Source: Microthyrium microscopicum (Eukaryota). From it: 47,814 bases of DNA. The first letter of the stretch is position 1. The number at the start of each line of letters is the position of its first letter. The stretch lies in assembly GCA_010405405.1 (NCBI GenBank), contig MU004238.1:2119530-2167343 (forward strand). Reading direction: 5' to 3'. Shown one piece after another: positions 1-12,497 of the stretch. A model generated the notes under the pieces. The model saw nothing but the letters and a program-made list of their open reading frames with translations, was not told the origin of the DNA and made no database searches. The translations under genes and the position numbers were made by a program.

Positions 1-584
1 CCGCGCGAGCCGCTTCCCGCTCAAGAACCAGAAGCTTTGACATTGATATATTCCCAGCAGGTGTGGAGTGGAGTTTCTTTGTCTCACCCAGAATCCAGGA
101 CCCTGGAGACTTTTAGCACTGATGCCAAGTGATACTCATCAAGGACGTCGACATTACATCTGTCCTGTCTAATAATGTGCGGTCACTCTAGCAAGGTAAG
201 AACAGTTGCTATTGAGTAATACTTTCAGGAACCTTTTTCTTCAAAAGCACTTTAGACAGTCAAAATGCATCGACGCTATTATGGAAGCTACTCCAAGATC
301 TAGATGCTAATATGACGGGGAAAAAAAGGGTCGACTAACTTAGCCACGGGTACTCGCGGCTGCTAAGCACCAAATCATACGTGCCTCTATTTGAGCCTCA
401 AGTATTATCCGGATCTTGGTATCATTGATGAATCGGCCTTTACTTGGTCCATGGTTTTTACAATTGTCCGGAGCGATGATATAGATTTAGAGCCTCAGTT
501 CCATTGACTACGTAACTCTTAATGACCATGGCCAAGGAAGCTCATATAATATTGCCCGAGTCGTGCATTTCATTCATTTCTACA

Positions 585-1612
585 TCATGTATCTCGTTTC
601 GCAGCCATCATCGCCCGATAGCCTTTAATAATATCCTGTCTCGTCTGTCCCAACTGCTCACGACGCCGTAGACTACCAGCATCTTTCGGTATATCCACAA
701 TCTTCGAGCCTTTGAAAATCTCTCGAGGCAGCTTTCCGAATTTTGGAGGAGCCTTTGCAACATCGAATATGCCTTTGGAATCATCCCTTTGGTTCTTGAG
801 TACTGCCCAAGGATCATCATCCTTCTCGTCAATTTCTCCAATCAGCTTGCCCTTTTTCTTCTTCGAGCCCTTTCCACCAAGCTTGCCCACTGTCATCATG
901 ATTTGCCGAGTATCTTTGTCCAGACTCGCCATCTGCTCTTCTAGCTCTTCCTCGGCTATTTCTCGTTCTTCTTCTTCCTTCTCTTTAATCCGTGCTTCAT
1001 CTTTCCGCCAACCATCTTGTAGTTTCCGTAGTTTCTTCTCGTGCTTCGTCCGTCGTTCTTGTACGCCGTCTACCTTTTTGCCCTTGGTAGATAGACCCGC
1101 TATGGGCAAAGCTTGATCTACGCGAATCGCAAAGTCACCCAGCCTCTCGCCTGGCTGTATTGTAAGCGGCGCAGTTTCGGTGACATGCTCGACAGCGGTC
1201 GGGACTACAGGTGTCTCCGCTTCCGCCTCCGGCTCTGTCTGTCGCTTTCTCTTCTTGCCCTTTGCTGGCCGGTCGCCATTATCCAGTCTGTGAGAAAGAG
1301 GTTTGCCGGTCTTTTGGAGGTTGAGGAGTCGCTTGAAGGCTCGCGGGGTATCATCGCCCTTGTAGTTCGTAATGGCCGGAGTTTCACTCTTCGAGCTTGG
1401 TCTAGTGTTTCTCTGTTGCCCTTTTTGTTGTCCTTTCTGCTGCACATTCTTTGCGTCCTTCTGGGTGTCGCGAACGGGTAGAGGCTTCGCTTTGCTGGTG
1501 GGAGGGAGATCGTAGCTACAATGATGTTAAACTAGTCCAAGTTGCAATATTTTGATAACACATACTGATTCGCTGTGTTGTCTTGCGCTCTGCGCTTGTG
1601 TTTGTGAGGCAT
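585..1612 (-). CDS. Conserved fungal basic/coiled-coil nuclear protein (resembles S. pombe UPF0653 / CCDC137-like family); exons 1612-1566, 1515-585
   Basis: ATG at 1612 gives MPHKHKRRAQDNTAN. A 50-nt GTATGT...TAG intron (1565-1516) joins in frame to H-YDLPPTSKAKPLPVR and the 286-aa ORF (DDTPRAFKRL, IQPGERLGDFAIRVDQALP, DDDPWAVLK, SLRRREQLG). Family name from recall. Confidence 0.85.
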
Positions 1613-2891
1613 TCTGACGTTCGGCAAATGTTAGTGGGATATTTTGTTGCCTCCGCCAGAAAAAATCTGGTCGTTGAAGGGACCAAAAAAGTGGGTGGAT
1701 ATGGCTGCCCGAACTGGACTAGCACCTGGATTTCCCCAACTCCATCTCATCTCTTCCTGAAGAGCCTCATCATTGGGACAACAACTTCAGATTATCTTGA
1801 ACAAAAATCACGCCTCAATTTGAAGATGATGTGGCTGGTGTGTAACTAGGACTCTGTGCGACTCAAGCGTCTTATCTCTATTCCTCAAAAGGTCGAATTG
1901 AGGTAGCCAGAGCATGGCTAGAGATATCTCGTTCTGGTCCAAAATTATCATCAATCCGCGACCCTTTCTTGGATCATTATCTCTAGGTCTCGCACTCATA
2001 TCTACGACACCTATAGATCTCTAACTGGCTTTCTTCTAAGCATTCTCAGCTCCATGCCCGAATAAGATAACGTCGTGACCCTTTGCATTTTCGGGCCCTT
2101 TCCCACCGTAACCCTCTTTCCATATTGTTATTGCAACAAGTAATTGCGTTTGACAAAAGCAGGGAAATTACTACACGTGATGCCAACAAGATCCTATTGC
2201 CAGATTGATGGAAGGATTTTCCTATCATGAGGACTTTGAGAGGACATATGTAGAAGTGAATACATGGTAGTCTCTAGTGTCTCCATTCGCTGAAATTTTG
2301 AAACTTCAACTGCATTGTGGTCACATACTTTGGGAATAAGAGTAACCTCTCAAAGTGCTTGTTGCAATCTTTTGTCACGACTCACGGACATCTCAAGATC
2401 ACTTCGCGCTTTCTATATGTTAACAATGTGGGTTGGGCCTTCCATTTTGTCATGGACCACGATCATGGGCGTGCCTTCTCCGAGGAGTCAGTAGCAAGCG
2501 CTCCTGTCGACACCCAAACGCACTGCTGCCTAACTCAAAGCTCAATATTTCGTTCAAAACTCAATTCTATCCTTGTCTTCTCGTCACCAGTGTCAACGCA
2601 AGCCACGAGGTTCACTAGCTGACCAGAGATTGCGCTCATCGCCAGTGCCAGGAATTGTTGCACCAAATCGAAGCCTACAGGCTCAGTTCCGCAATTGTCC
2701 TGCCTATTTACTGGTTGGACTTCGTAACAGTCACTTTGTCGCAGGCAGAAACTAACCATTTCACACCGTCACATCATATTTTGAAGGTAGGAGGATATTC
2801 CGCTTGCGCAGCAGAGTATACTACAATCTAGCAAAGTGGTTCCTTAGCTTAATTTCAGCCCATTCGATACTGACCTTCTTACAGATTCAAT

Positions 2892-3858
2892 ATGGGTGAT
2901 GACGATGCAGAATTCGAGTTCTGGGACCGCCTGGGGAACGAGTTCTACTCGGAAGAATTCAGCGATGTCACCATTACCTGCGACACCAAGACTTGGAAAC
3001 TGCACAGAGTAATTCTTTGTCAGCATTCACCCTGGTTCAGAGCAGCACTGAGTGGTGCCTATTTCAAGGTATGCAAGCACCGATAGGTGTGCTCGGTTTT
3101 ATTGCTCAAGTTTGACAACTTTCAGGAAGCTCAATCTCAACAGATCTCTCTGCATGACGAAGACCCGCGGATCCTTGAGCCAGTGCTGAAGTGGATGTAT
3201 AGTAACCAGCCAGTTCCAGACACTCTTGAAGGGTTTCCCAACCCTTATGTTCTCTTGCTGGAGCAATTTCGTGTTGCCGATTTCTTTCAAATGCCTTACC
3301 TCCAAAATGTAATCAAAGGCATGATAGTCAACGGATTCAAGAGTGATTTCAAGGGCAAGGCTGATGTCTATCCCGACTTGACAAACGGTGTGGAGTCTTC
3401 TGCCGTTTCCCAATTTGTCGAAGGTCTTAAACATGCTTGCGATATTTTCGGAGCTGACAAGGAAAGCAAACTTTTCACTTGCTTGATCGAGTGTTGTCTT
3501 CGGATATTCCCTTTGCTTATGATCTCTACCTCATACGGAGACTTGATCTCGTCAGACAATGGACACGTCTTTCTCGGATCGCGAGTAATGGCAAATTACT
3601 GTTTCGGGATTGTGCACAAGCAAAGCAAGTATATTCCGCTGCAATGGATCGTATGGTGATATCCAGCTAACAAAAGTAGAGTATTGCTTTGAGATACGGA
3701 AGTCATGCTGGGGCTGCAGCGAACCAGAAGATAAGAACAAGTTTGCCGTTCCTTGCACTTTTGCTACAATGCAGTTCTGTGCTTCATGTGCAGAGCGCGC
3801 CATTTTGCCCATGTCGAAATTGCTTCTGAAATATTATGTCTTACAGGCGAAAAGTTGA
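2892..3858 (+). CDS. BTB/POZ-domain protein, paralogue 1; exons 2892-3068, 3126-3624, 3680-3858
   Basis: BTB signature FSDVTITCDTKTWKLHRVILCQHSPWFRAALSGAYFK|EAQSQQISLHDEDPRILEPVLKWMY across a GTATGC...CAG intron (3069-3125). A second intron GCAAGT...GCTAAC...TAG (3625-3679) restores frame into the CWGC...FCASC tail shared with paralogue 2. Confidence 0.85.
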
Positions 3859-4662
3859 ACTTTCAGACTCTCGGCCACCAAGCGATAGACTGCTCGTGAT
3901 TCGAAAGGTTGACCGAGGAGGCTTCAATAACAAGCAGGACAAAACTAAGTAGTTCGAATGCCAATCATACTTGAAATCATCTCTGACCCAACACTGAGCC
4001 CATGCCACAATGACTCTTAAATAGAACATAAGATATATACGCTTCTATAAGAAAGTCGGACACTTCTCTGATCCTACGCTACTGAAAACGATTGCGATAC
4101 TGTGAATAACTCAATTCCCCTCTAGGTCATAGGAGATATCAAAAGGTACTAGCAGTCGACGTTGACAGCTCGAGTTTATGACCTCCCACATTCTTTCTTG
4201 GTTCAATTGTGTCCAGTGAGCTCAACTCAAAGCACACTTCGAAATCAAGTCTTGAGTCTCATAAAATTACTGTAGCCGGAAACGCTGGCTGAGTAACACA
4301 GTTCTTAAGCTAAGGTGCTTTTTCTGCTCATTCAGCTTTGCAATGAATTGCTAGTTTTGGCAAGTATGCTCAGAAGATGAAGAGCTAAAGTCCAGCTTCT
4401 GTCCTCGAGCCACCAAGTCTTAGACTACTCTTCTAGGAAGCGTGCCTCACTCAAACAAATGTTGTCCGTCAGTGCTTCATCTGTGAACTAGAAAGCATAT
4501 CGAAACTTCACTGATACCTACAATTTCAACTTCCAGTTAAGCGACTTCAGCTGCCAGAGACGACATATAGTCTCGCTTTCGCCAGAACATGTCCTCCTTG
4601 TTTCTTTTACACACATACTACTAGATACCTCGTGTTACTCCATCTGACCGGTATCAAACAAA

Positions 4663-5650
4663 ATGTCCGCCCCAGACCCTGACACCGTCCAGCTTCCTCA
4701 CAGCTTTTCAGAAGTACTGAAAGTTCACTTTGATGACGGCCAATTCAGTGACGTTGTCGTCAAATGTGGCTCGTCTACTTGGAAGCTCCATCAAGTCATC
4801 CTATGTTCATATTCTCCTTGGTTCAAGGCGGCTTGCACTGGTGCTTTCTTGGTACGTACTTGTCTCTCTTTGGTTCAAGGAGCGTTTGCTCACCAAGTGG
4901 CAGGAATCACATACGAAGGAAATCGTTATCCACGATGAAAACCCGATTGCTCTAGAAGCAGTGCTGAAGTCATTGTACGGTCTCGAAATTCACGCCAAAC
5001 TGCCGGGTTCAGACAACGACTTCCTGAATCTGATTGAGCAGTATCGTATTGCAAACTTCCTTCAGCTCAACAAACTAGAAAAGGGACTTTTAGACCTTTT
5101 CATGACGGTATTCACACGTTCTGTTCGAGCAGCAGCAGAGCATTCCATCCGCCACTGCAATCAAGTAGAGTTCAGCATCTATCCGGAAGTCGAAGACGAT
5201 AGCCAACTTGACTCTCACCTGATCCTCGCATTCTGCGAAGCCTTGAGCTGTGCTTGCCTCAATTTTGGAGCCGATCAAGACAACAAGCTTTTCGACATCC
5301 TCATCAGCGCTAGTATGTCAATACTCCCGTTCTTGATGGTATGCAAGCGCTGGGCAGAGCTATGCATGCATAGAGACACAGGTGTTTTCTGTGCACGAGT
5401 GATGGCAGTCGGCTATCAGGACTTGGCGAGTGATTGCGCACTTGATACCACATACAGAACAGCTTGCTGGGGCTGCGAAACTCTCTTTTTTCCTCAAGGC
5501 GAAGATAGATTGGTCTTCCAGGGTCTCAATATGATCATGTTCTGCTCTTCATGCTATGAAGTCGTTGCAAAAGGAAGCCTATCATTGCTGTGGAAGCGCT
5601 CGGGAACGAAATGGAGTGCTGACGATGAGGAAGAACCCACCCCAAAATGA
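4663..5650 (+). CDS. BTB/POZ-domain protein, paralogue 2; exons 4663-4851, 4904-5650
   Basis: FSDVVVKCGSSTWKLHQVILCSYSPWFKAACTGAFL|ESHTKEIVIHDENPIALEAVLKSLY. The GTACGT...GCTCAC...CAG intron (4852-4903) is at the same position and phase as in paralogue 1. Confidence 0.88.
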
Positions 5651-6157
5651 AGACGAAGAGACGTCTAGTGACGCAATAATGGTGGGATCCCAAACTCTGG
5701 TACGGGATGAGAGTGCGAGCAGAATGTTTTGACACTGACTGATCAAAGATATTTTGATGTGTTATTTGTAATGGGAAGAAGAAAACAACCTTCGGTGTGA
5801 AGATCGCCGTGGAAGGGGAAAAAGTTACGGTGCGTGTAATTTGCAAAGGCGATGGCCGGCTTGATGGTCATCGAGTTGATTTTCATCTGTGGCCAACATT
5901 GGAAGTCTTGTTTTACATCTATTGTGGACATTGGTAATCCGAATGGATGCATTTGGAAAAAGTATGATTCTTCAATGACAAAATGTATGTTATGCTTTCT
6001 CGGTGCCACATGTAAAACAGGTGTCTCGAGAATGGATGATGGTAATGTTCTATGGCATTACTGTTGTGTCAACGTTATATAGACGCTGTCCAGCGCTTGT
6101 CAAGGATTTCAATCCAACAACCCCTTACGGTCTTGAGATCTAATGTCGCAGCATTCT

Positions 6158-7100
6158 CTATATACCCCAGAACTCCAACACCTGCTTAGGATGCTGAGGA
6201 ACAACATGCCCAACACCAGCACCAACATAACCCACAAGCTGAGTACCATCACCATACACCATCTTCGTATACCTCGCCTGCGGATCATTCGACACATTCT
6301 TAGCAAAAGGCTGAGCTAACACATCACTCCACTGCTTCATCGCCTCATCATATGTATGCGGCTTAACAATACCATCCGCCGTCCCATGCCACACGCTCAT
6401 CTTCGGTCTCTGGCCCGTATAGCCCGTAAATGCACTTCTAACCAAATCACCCCACTCCTTGCTCGTCTTCGTAACACCGCCCTTTGTGCACGGGCTCGTA
6501 TCACTGAACGGAGAACTACCCTTTGACCCGCTCAAACATCCATACCCGACACCACTGAAAGGTGCACCACCGGCAAAGACATCAGGGTATGCGCCGCATA
6601 GCACAGAAGTCATCATGCCGCCGGAAGAAGAGCCAGTGACAAAGACCTTTTTGGCGTCGCCGTTGTACTTTGTGACGGCGTACTTGACCATGTTGGTGAT
6701 GGACTGTGAGTCTCCGCCGCCATCGTGCTTCAAGGATTTGGCGGTGGCGACGTCCCAGCAGTGAGAGTCGAAGGTGGTTTGTGGGTAGATTAGGATGTAG
6801 CCTTTTTGCTGGGCGGCGGTTTCGTAGGCGCGGGAGGCGGCGTAGTATGCGGCGGCAGATTCACCGCAGCCGTGAAGCTAGAGATAGAGGGTGAGCTTGG
6901 ATTGGAGAAGAGCTGGGAAGGTGGAGACTTACGAGTACGATGATGGGTGCGCCTGCGGTTGGTTTTGGTACGGAGACGTACATGGAGATGGCAGTTGGCC
7001 CCTTTGCCCAGTCGTTGACTAGAGTCAAGGAGCCACTGGAGAGGGACGAAAAGAATGAGACTGCAGTCAAGCTGCTGAAAAGAAGTGAGTTCAACATCAT
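6158..7100 (-). CDS. Secreted PHB-depolymerase-type esterase / CAZy CE1 acetylxylan esterase-like; exons 7100-6933, 6877-6158
   Basis: Signal-peptide-like N-terminus MMLNSLLFSSLTAVSFFSSLSSG. A GTAAGT...GCTCAC...TAG intron (6932-6878) gives PIIVL|LHGCGESA...CWDVATAKSLKHDGGGDS. Nucleophile motif VTGSSSGGMMT, plus WHGTAD and GVGH, typical of fungal AxeA-like CE1. Confidence 0.92.
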
Positions 7101-8160
7101 GAACAGTAGCACCAGCGAAAAATAGCACTTCCTGGTGATTTCACGATGGTAAGTCTTTTCTCAGAGCGTACTGCTGAGTTATATTCGGAGAGACACGAAT
7201 CTTTTGGATCACCTTATTTGCCAAATTTCCGCGACGCGCATCATGACTGAAGTTGAACCAGACAAATAGGCAAAGATCCCGAGTGACACCAAAAGCCCGG
7301 TCCAATCATGAATAGAGTTAATGAGGCACTAAGCTCATATCGTGGATAGAATACGCAGATAGAGCTGACAGTTGTGAGTATGAGGCTGAATACGTAGAAC
7401 GTGTGGTATAGATAGGCCGCCGTAAGGGTCTGTTTTCCAATTAGATTGAAATGTTTGCTTACTCTTCAATCTGGTGATATATTGAAGATTTGCGGTCACT
7501 GCTGGTCATATGGCTGATCCACAGGCAAAAGGGAGTCTCCGTAGGGCAATTTAGATGGCAATCGGAAAATCCGGTCGAGTATATGAAGTAGATGCCCCAT
7601 TGGTATTCAGGGGTAATTTGATAGGTTAGGCTAGAGACGGATTGAAAGACAAAGAATACTCAGCGGCATATAGCGATGGAGTATCGGCTTGTCTGGCTCG
7701 TGTTGTGGAAGATTGGAAAGTTGAATGAGCATGATCTGTATCAAGCTCAGAGTTACCGTTTTTGAATTGATGGTTCGGGCTATTGGTAGTTGAAATGTGC
7801 AAGTCGATGTGGGAATTATAGTGTTCGAACTGTTTCAGCACCATCGCACGTGGTAGAATATGTGTTAGCAGTTAAGCATGGAGAGCCTCTGGGACATGAT
7901 TCTGATAGTTACGAGTCAGCCAATTTGGCAGTCAAAGGTCTAAAGTGGGATTCTTGAAATGGCAAACGGCCTAAATAGGAAATGATGAAGCTATCTCGAC
8001 TCTGCGAAATGAGCAGGGACCAGGCAGGCACAATGATCTGCCGTGCAGCGCACCTAGGTGTCGTCAATTTCACTCGCTTAGTAGTTGCTTTATGTTGTAA
8101 AGGCTGCGCATAGGACTGGACAAAATCAGGAATCAGAGACGTGTTTTCTTTTGCTGTGAG

Positions 8161-8400
8161 ACGCGGGTACTGTCGTTGGTTTTGAGGAAGTTGATAAGTT
8201 CAACTGTTGGGAGCGCCTGGATTCTTGGGAGGGTCGAATTGATTGGCTGAGAGCGATTGACATGGCAACCACGAAGGGCCATGATTGAAACGCGCCTTCC
8301 ACTTTCCTCTGCGACTTTCACGCGTCGTCAACTACCCAACCTCTTAAACTTCAATTGCTGAGTTGATTTCATCTCCTCACCATAACACTCAACTGCGCGT
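8161..8400. promoter_or_regulatory. Cluster of MCB-like (ACGCG) elements upstream of ASF1
   Basis: ACGCGG 8161, ACGCGC 8290, perfect ACGCGT 8320-8325 and GCGCGT 8395-8400, all within 400 bp of the ASF1 ATG. Confidence 0.55.
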
Positions 8401-8550
8401 CTGCTCCATCATAAATACCTAGCGTGTCTGCATTTCCCATCAAACTTGTTTAAAGTTTCCATCTTACCTTACTCTCTCCCACTACACATATACCCCACCA
8501 TCCACCGCCAGTTCTTCCAAGAGAGACCAATACCCAATACCACCGCCAAC

Positions 8551-9486
8551 ATGTCTGTCGTCTCACTTCTTGACGTCAAGATCCTCAACAATCCCGCTCC
8601 ATTTGGCGCATCATACCAATTCGAGATTACCTTTGAAGCGCTCGAAAATCTTCAAAAGGACCTTGAATGGAAGCTCACTTACGTTGGCTCTGCACAATCG
8701 TACGTTGTTCGCCACGACCATCGGAACCAAACCTTCAAAGCTCACCGCTAACCCATCTCACCGCTTCTAGATCCGAACATGACCAAGAGCTCGATAGTCT
8801 CCTCGTAGGCCCTGTTCCACCCGGAGTCAACAAGTTCATCTTCGAAGCCGACCCACCCAACACAGCAAACATTCCATCATCTGAAGTCCTTGGCGTTACT
8901 GTCATTTTGCTCACATGTGCATACGATGGCCGCGAATTCGTGCGCATTGGCTACTACGTCAACAATGAGTACACGGACGAGTCGTTGGCCGAAAACCCAC
9001 CAGCCAAGCCTGTTATCGACAAAATCAAGCGCAACATTCTGGCTGAAAAGCCACGTGTGACGCGCTTCGCCATCAAATGGTATGTACACTTATTAGCTAT
9101 ACACTAAAACTTTGACTAACTTGATTAGGGATTCCGAAGCTACCGCACCAGCAGAGTTCCCACCTGACCAGCCAGAGGTCGACAATGCCCCTGATGACGA
9201 GGAAGCTTATGCCGCCGATGAACCTGAAGTTGTCGAAGTCGAAGGAGCCGCGGAAGAAGAAGAAGTTGAAGGCGAAGACGAGGAAATGGGCGGTGTCGAA
9301 AAGGAAGACAACGTTTCCGAGGCAGGATCTGAAGACATTGAAGATGATAGCAGCGAAGACGATGAAGAGGACGAAGAAGAGGAGGGTGACGAAGATATGG
9401 AGATGGACGAAGCTGGTGCTGCGGACGCTGCTCACAAAGAGCACATCGAACCCGCTGGCCAGCCTGCTGATGTTATGGTCCACTAG
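8551..9486 (+). CDS. ASF1: Histone H3/H4 chaperone ASF1; exons 8551-8699, 8771-9079, 9129-9486 (271 aa)
   Basis: [18 protein letters not shown]...[70 protein letters not shown], then an acidic tail. Two canonical introns with frame-compatible phases. Confidence 0.98.
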
Positions 9487-12171
9487 ATGTGTGCTGTAGG
9501 TCGTACTAGGACGTGATGTGTGATGAAGCGGACTATATTGCAGCGTTCTGAAGCATTCAGGGGCTGTCCCTTGGAAGTAATGACTGTTTGGTTCTGTTGT
9601 TATTTGGTACGTCAAGAACAATATTAGATGCATAATATGAATTACAACTTCATGATGATACTGCAGTCTTGCTTGTGTTTGCCTGCTGGTCGAGTGGCAA
9701 GATAGGCGCCATACTCCAACCAACAGTACGGCAAGGTAAAGTCAATAAAAGTCACAGCAGCCCCTAATGTGCTATCTAGGTGACGACCATTTTTCCTGAA
9801 GTCGCACAACATCATCACACGAGTCAGGTCATATACCATCTACCATCTACCCGCAACAATATCCTTGCTATATAATCCTCCTTACCAATCCACAGATCTC
9901 TTCGAGAAACAGGCATGTTCAATCCATCTGATACCAATGAAAGTCGTGTTTCATCTTCCGCTCTATTTGTGGGATGACGCCAACGAATGAACAGCATGAC
10001 CTACTGTATAACGTTGCCTATAGCGACAACTACATTATGCACATCAGGCATATATTTAGCAGCAGGTTGTGTACATCAGGAATTTTATGTTTGGAGTATA
10101 TAAGTATTGCAGTATTACTGGTGCCTATTAATGGCAGTGAATTCTTCGTTTTGATAAACGAGTTCAAAGAAAAACGATAAACCTGTGAGTGCGTGTTTCT
10201 ACGAGTTGTTTTGTGGATGTTAGGCATGCCCGGTAAACGGTAATTCTTGCGTACAAGAGATGGTGTACTTGTGTAACGCTGTGATTGTGATGCTAATGAA
10301 TTGACTGTAATCAAAAGTCGAGGAGATCTACAAAGCTTGTTCGGAGATCGTAGACATGGTCATATGTCTATCAAACCCAGGATTTCACCAAAGGAAATGC
10401 GGCAAGAAGAAACCGTTGAACATTGATGGAATAATTCTTCCGTTGTTCGTGAAGGTCTTTTTGTGGCCAGATGCTGTGGAACTTGGCGTGACCAAGATCC
10501 ATTAATACATCAATGGAAAGGATTGGCTCATTGCTATTCTTTTATGGCTAAGATCATCAGACCTTACCAAATTTGAAGCTACAACCCGTTGCATTTCAAA
10601 ATCAATTCTCCGAGTCATGTCCGCACAAGATAATTTCACAAATGTTGGCTAATTAGCTTGTAAGGTCGGAAAATACCGTATTGATAGCAGTTGCTAACAC
10701 TCCTAAAGCTGGATTCGGGGAAAAGCGACGATGTCCAGTTATGGATTGCAATCTATTTGACAAAGACAACGATAAATCTCGGACGGCAAACAAATGGGTT
10801 GATTGGTAGAGCAGCATGTTTTGAAGCATCTTTTGCGCTTAGGGCAGTGTTGCTCTTTGCAAGATTTTGACAGATCAAAAGCTAGGGCAGGGGGGTCCAA
10901 GGCGCAGATATGAGTGGAAACTTGCGTTTGTGAAACATGATGTTGGCTACCTATTGACTGGGAAGAAAAAAATATTACTGTGGGCGGACAGCGCTGAGCT
11001 TCTTGTATGACAGATATAGCTTGGAGTTGTTCACGATTGAGTGGTGTTGTTTGCTTTTGTTCCAGGAACTGTGCGGAGTATTTGATCGAGATGCACGATG
11101 GAAGAGTGGGGTTTTGCTTGTTGAGCCGCACGGCCCGAGTCAGCATTCACCATCACGACACCAGGAATAGCTTGCTTTGCTTTAAAATTATGATTACGGA
11201 AAGGTAAGCGAATGGCGATTGGATCGAGCTAGTTTTTGTTGTTCTAAGAGATGATAATCAAAATGTGATCCAAGCTTTTGTTCCCAGCTTGTCTGAACAA
11301 CTTGATCAGAAAGTGGAGGGAAAATCTCTGTACGGGGGAAACCTGTACACAGCATTCGAAACAGCTAAGCGGGCCGATCAAAGTTGACAAGCTTGGCTTG
11401 CATCTCTGGCAGTTTTGAACAAGATTTGGCAGAGGATAGAGTAGCTGCATGAGCAAGTTACAATTCCATGTGTTACGCTTGGCTTGGCTTACATGAGTTT
11501 TTATTGAATTCTAGCTGGCTGGCTGGCTGGCTAGATGTTGATCTACTGCGATTTCTGAACAGCCATGGACAGGCATTGGAGAGCAGGGTGAGTGATAAGT
11601 TGCCAGGTGCAAATGGGCGGTCAAGGCTTAATCTAATCGCACCTGGACGGTTCAAGAGGTTTTGGAACATGGTATAGCTCTCAGCATTGTTTTGTCAAAC
11701 GGCCCTAAGGATGGGGTCGAGGGGAGGAAGAATGGGAATGGGCAAGGGCTTGTGGGCTGAATAGATACGAAACTGGCAAGATCCCATGGCGTTCAGCTCT
11801 TTTACGACCTCGTAGATATGATGCTTGACTTGGGACGAACTGAGCACGAGCACATGCTCAATAGGTGCTGTCTGTTATGCACAGCGGGAGGGAGCATGAG
11901 GGGCGACAAGATTTGTTGGAGATTGATACATAATGGGGCTGATGGTATTAGCAACCATTGTAGTGGACTAGTAGTGGATGAAGAGACAAATTATTGAAGA
12001 ATTCCCGAGTGTAAACTCTGGACAGACAGTTAAGAGATAGAAGTAGGAAAAGAGATAATTATCAACAAGATCACACAATGGCAGATCAAGCTGAGTAAGC
12101 GCGCTTGTGTGTGTGCTTGACTAGGAATTGCCAACACAGAAAAGAAGGAAGGAACTCAAGGAAGGAAGGCA

Positions 12172-12191
12172 CAGTCAGTCAGTCAGTCAGT
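12172..12191 (+). repeat. (CAGT)5 microsatellite upstream of acrB
   Basis: Read directly from the sequence. Confidence 0.8.
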
Positions 12192-12497
12192 CGAGCGCCA
12201 AGCTTTCGCATCCCATCCACCCATCTTCCAACTACTCCTTCCTACCAACACTAGACAACCACATCCAGTCTACAACCACCAATCTTTCCGAACAGCCAGT
12301 CCTTTTCTACCATACACATCACACCACTTCTATTTTACTGCCTGCTGCCTCTTCCCCCCGTCCTCTTTGCAGCGCTGCCTTTCGTCTACACTTTCATTTA
12401 GCCTGTGTGTTGTTCCGCCGTTCCGTGTTAATTCCCAACTCGCGGCTCGTCTCGCTGCAAAGTTGCTGCGTCTCGAGCACAACAACAGCGGCGCTGA

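Noticed and set aside
2787..2884. Possible 5' UTR intron (GTAGGA...ACTGAC...CAG) before BTB paralogue 1
   Set aside because: Plausible but untestable without transcript data, so not listed as a feature.
7384..7634. XlnR-like GGCTRR sites upstream of the CE1 esterase (7384, 7512, 7629)
   Set aside because: Short degenerate hexamers expected by chance, unsupported without conservation data.
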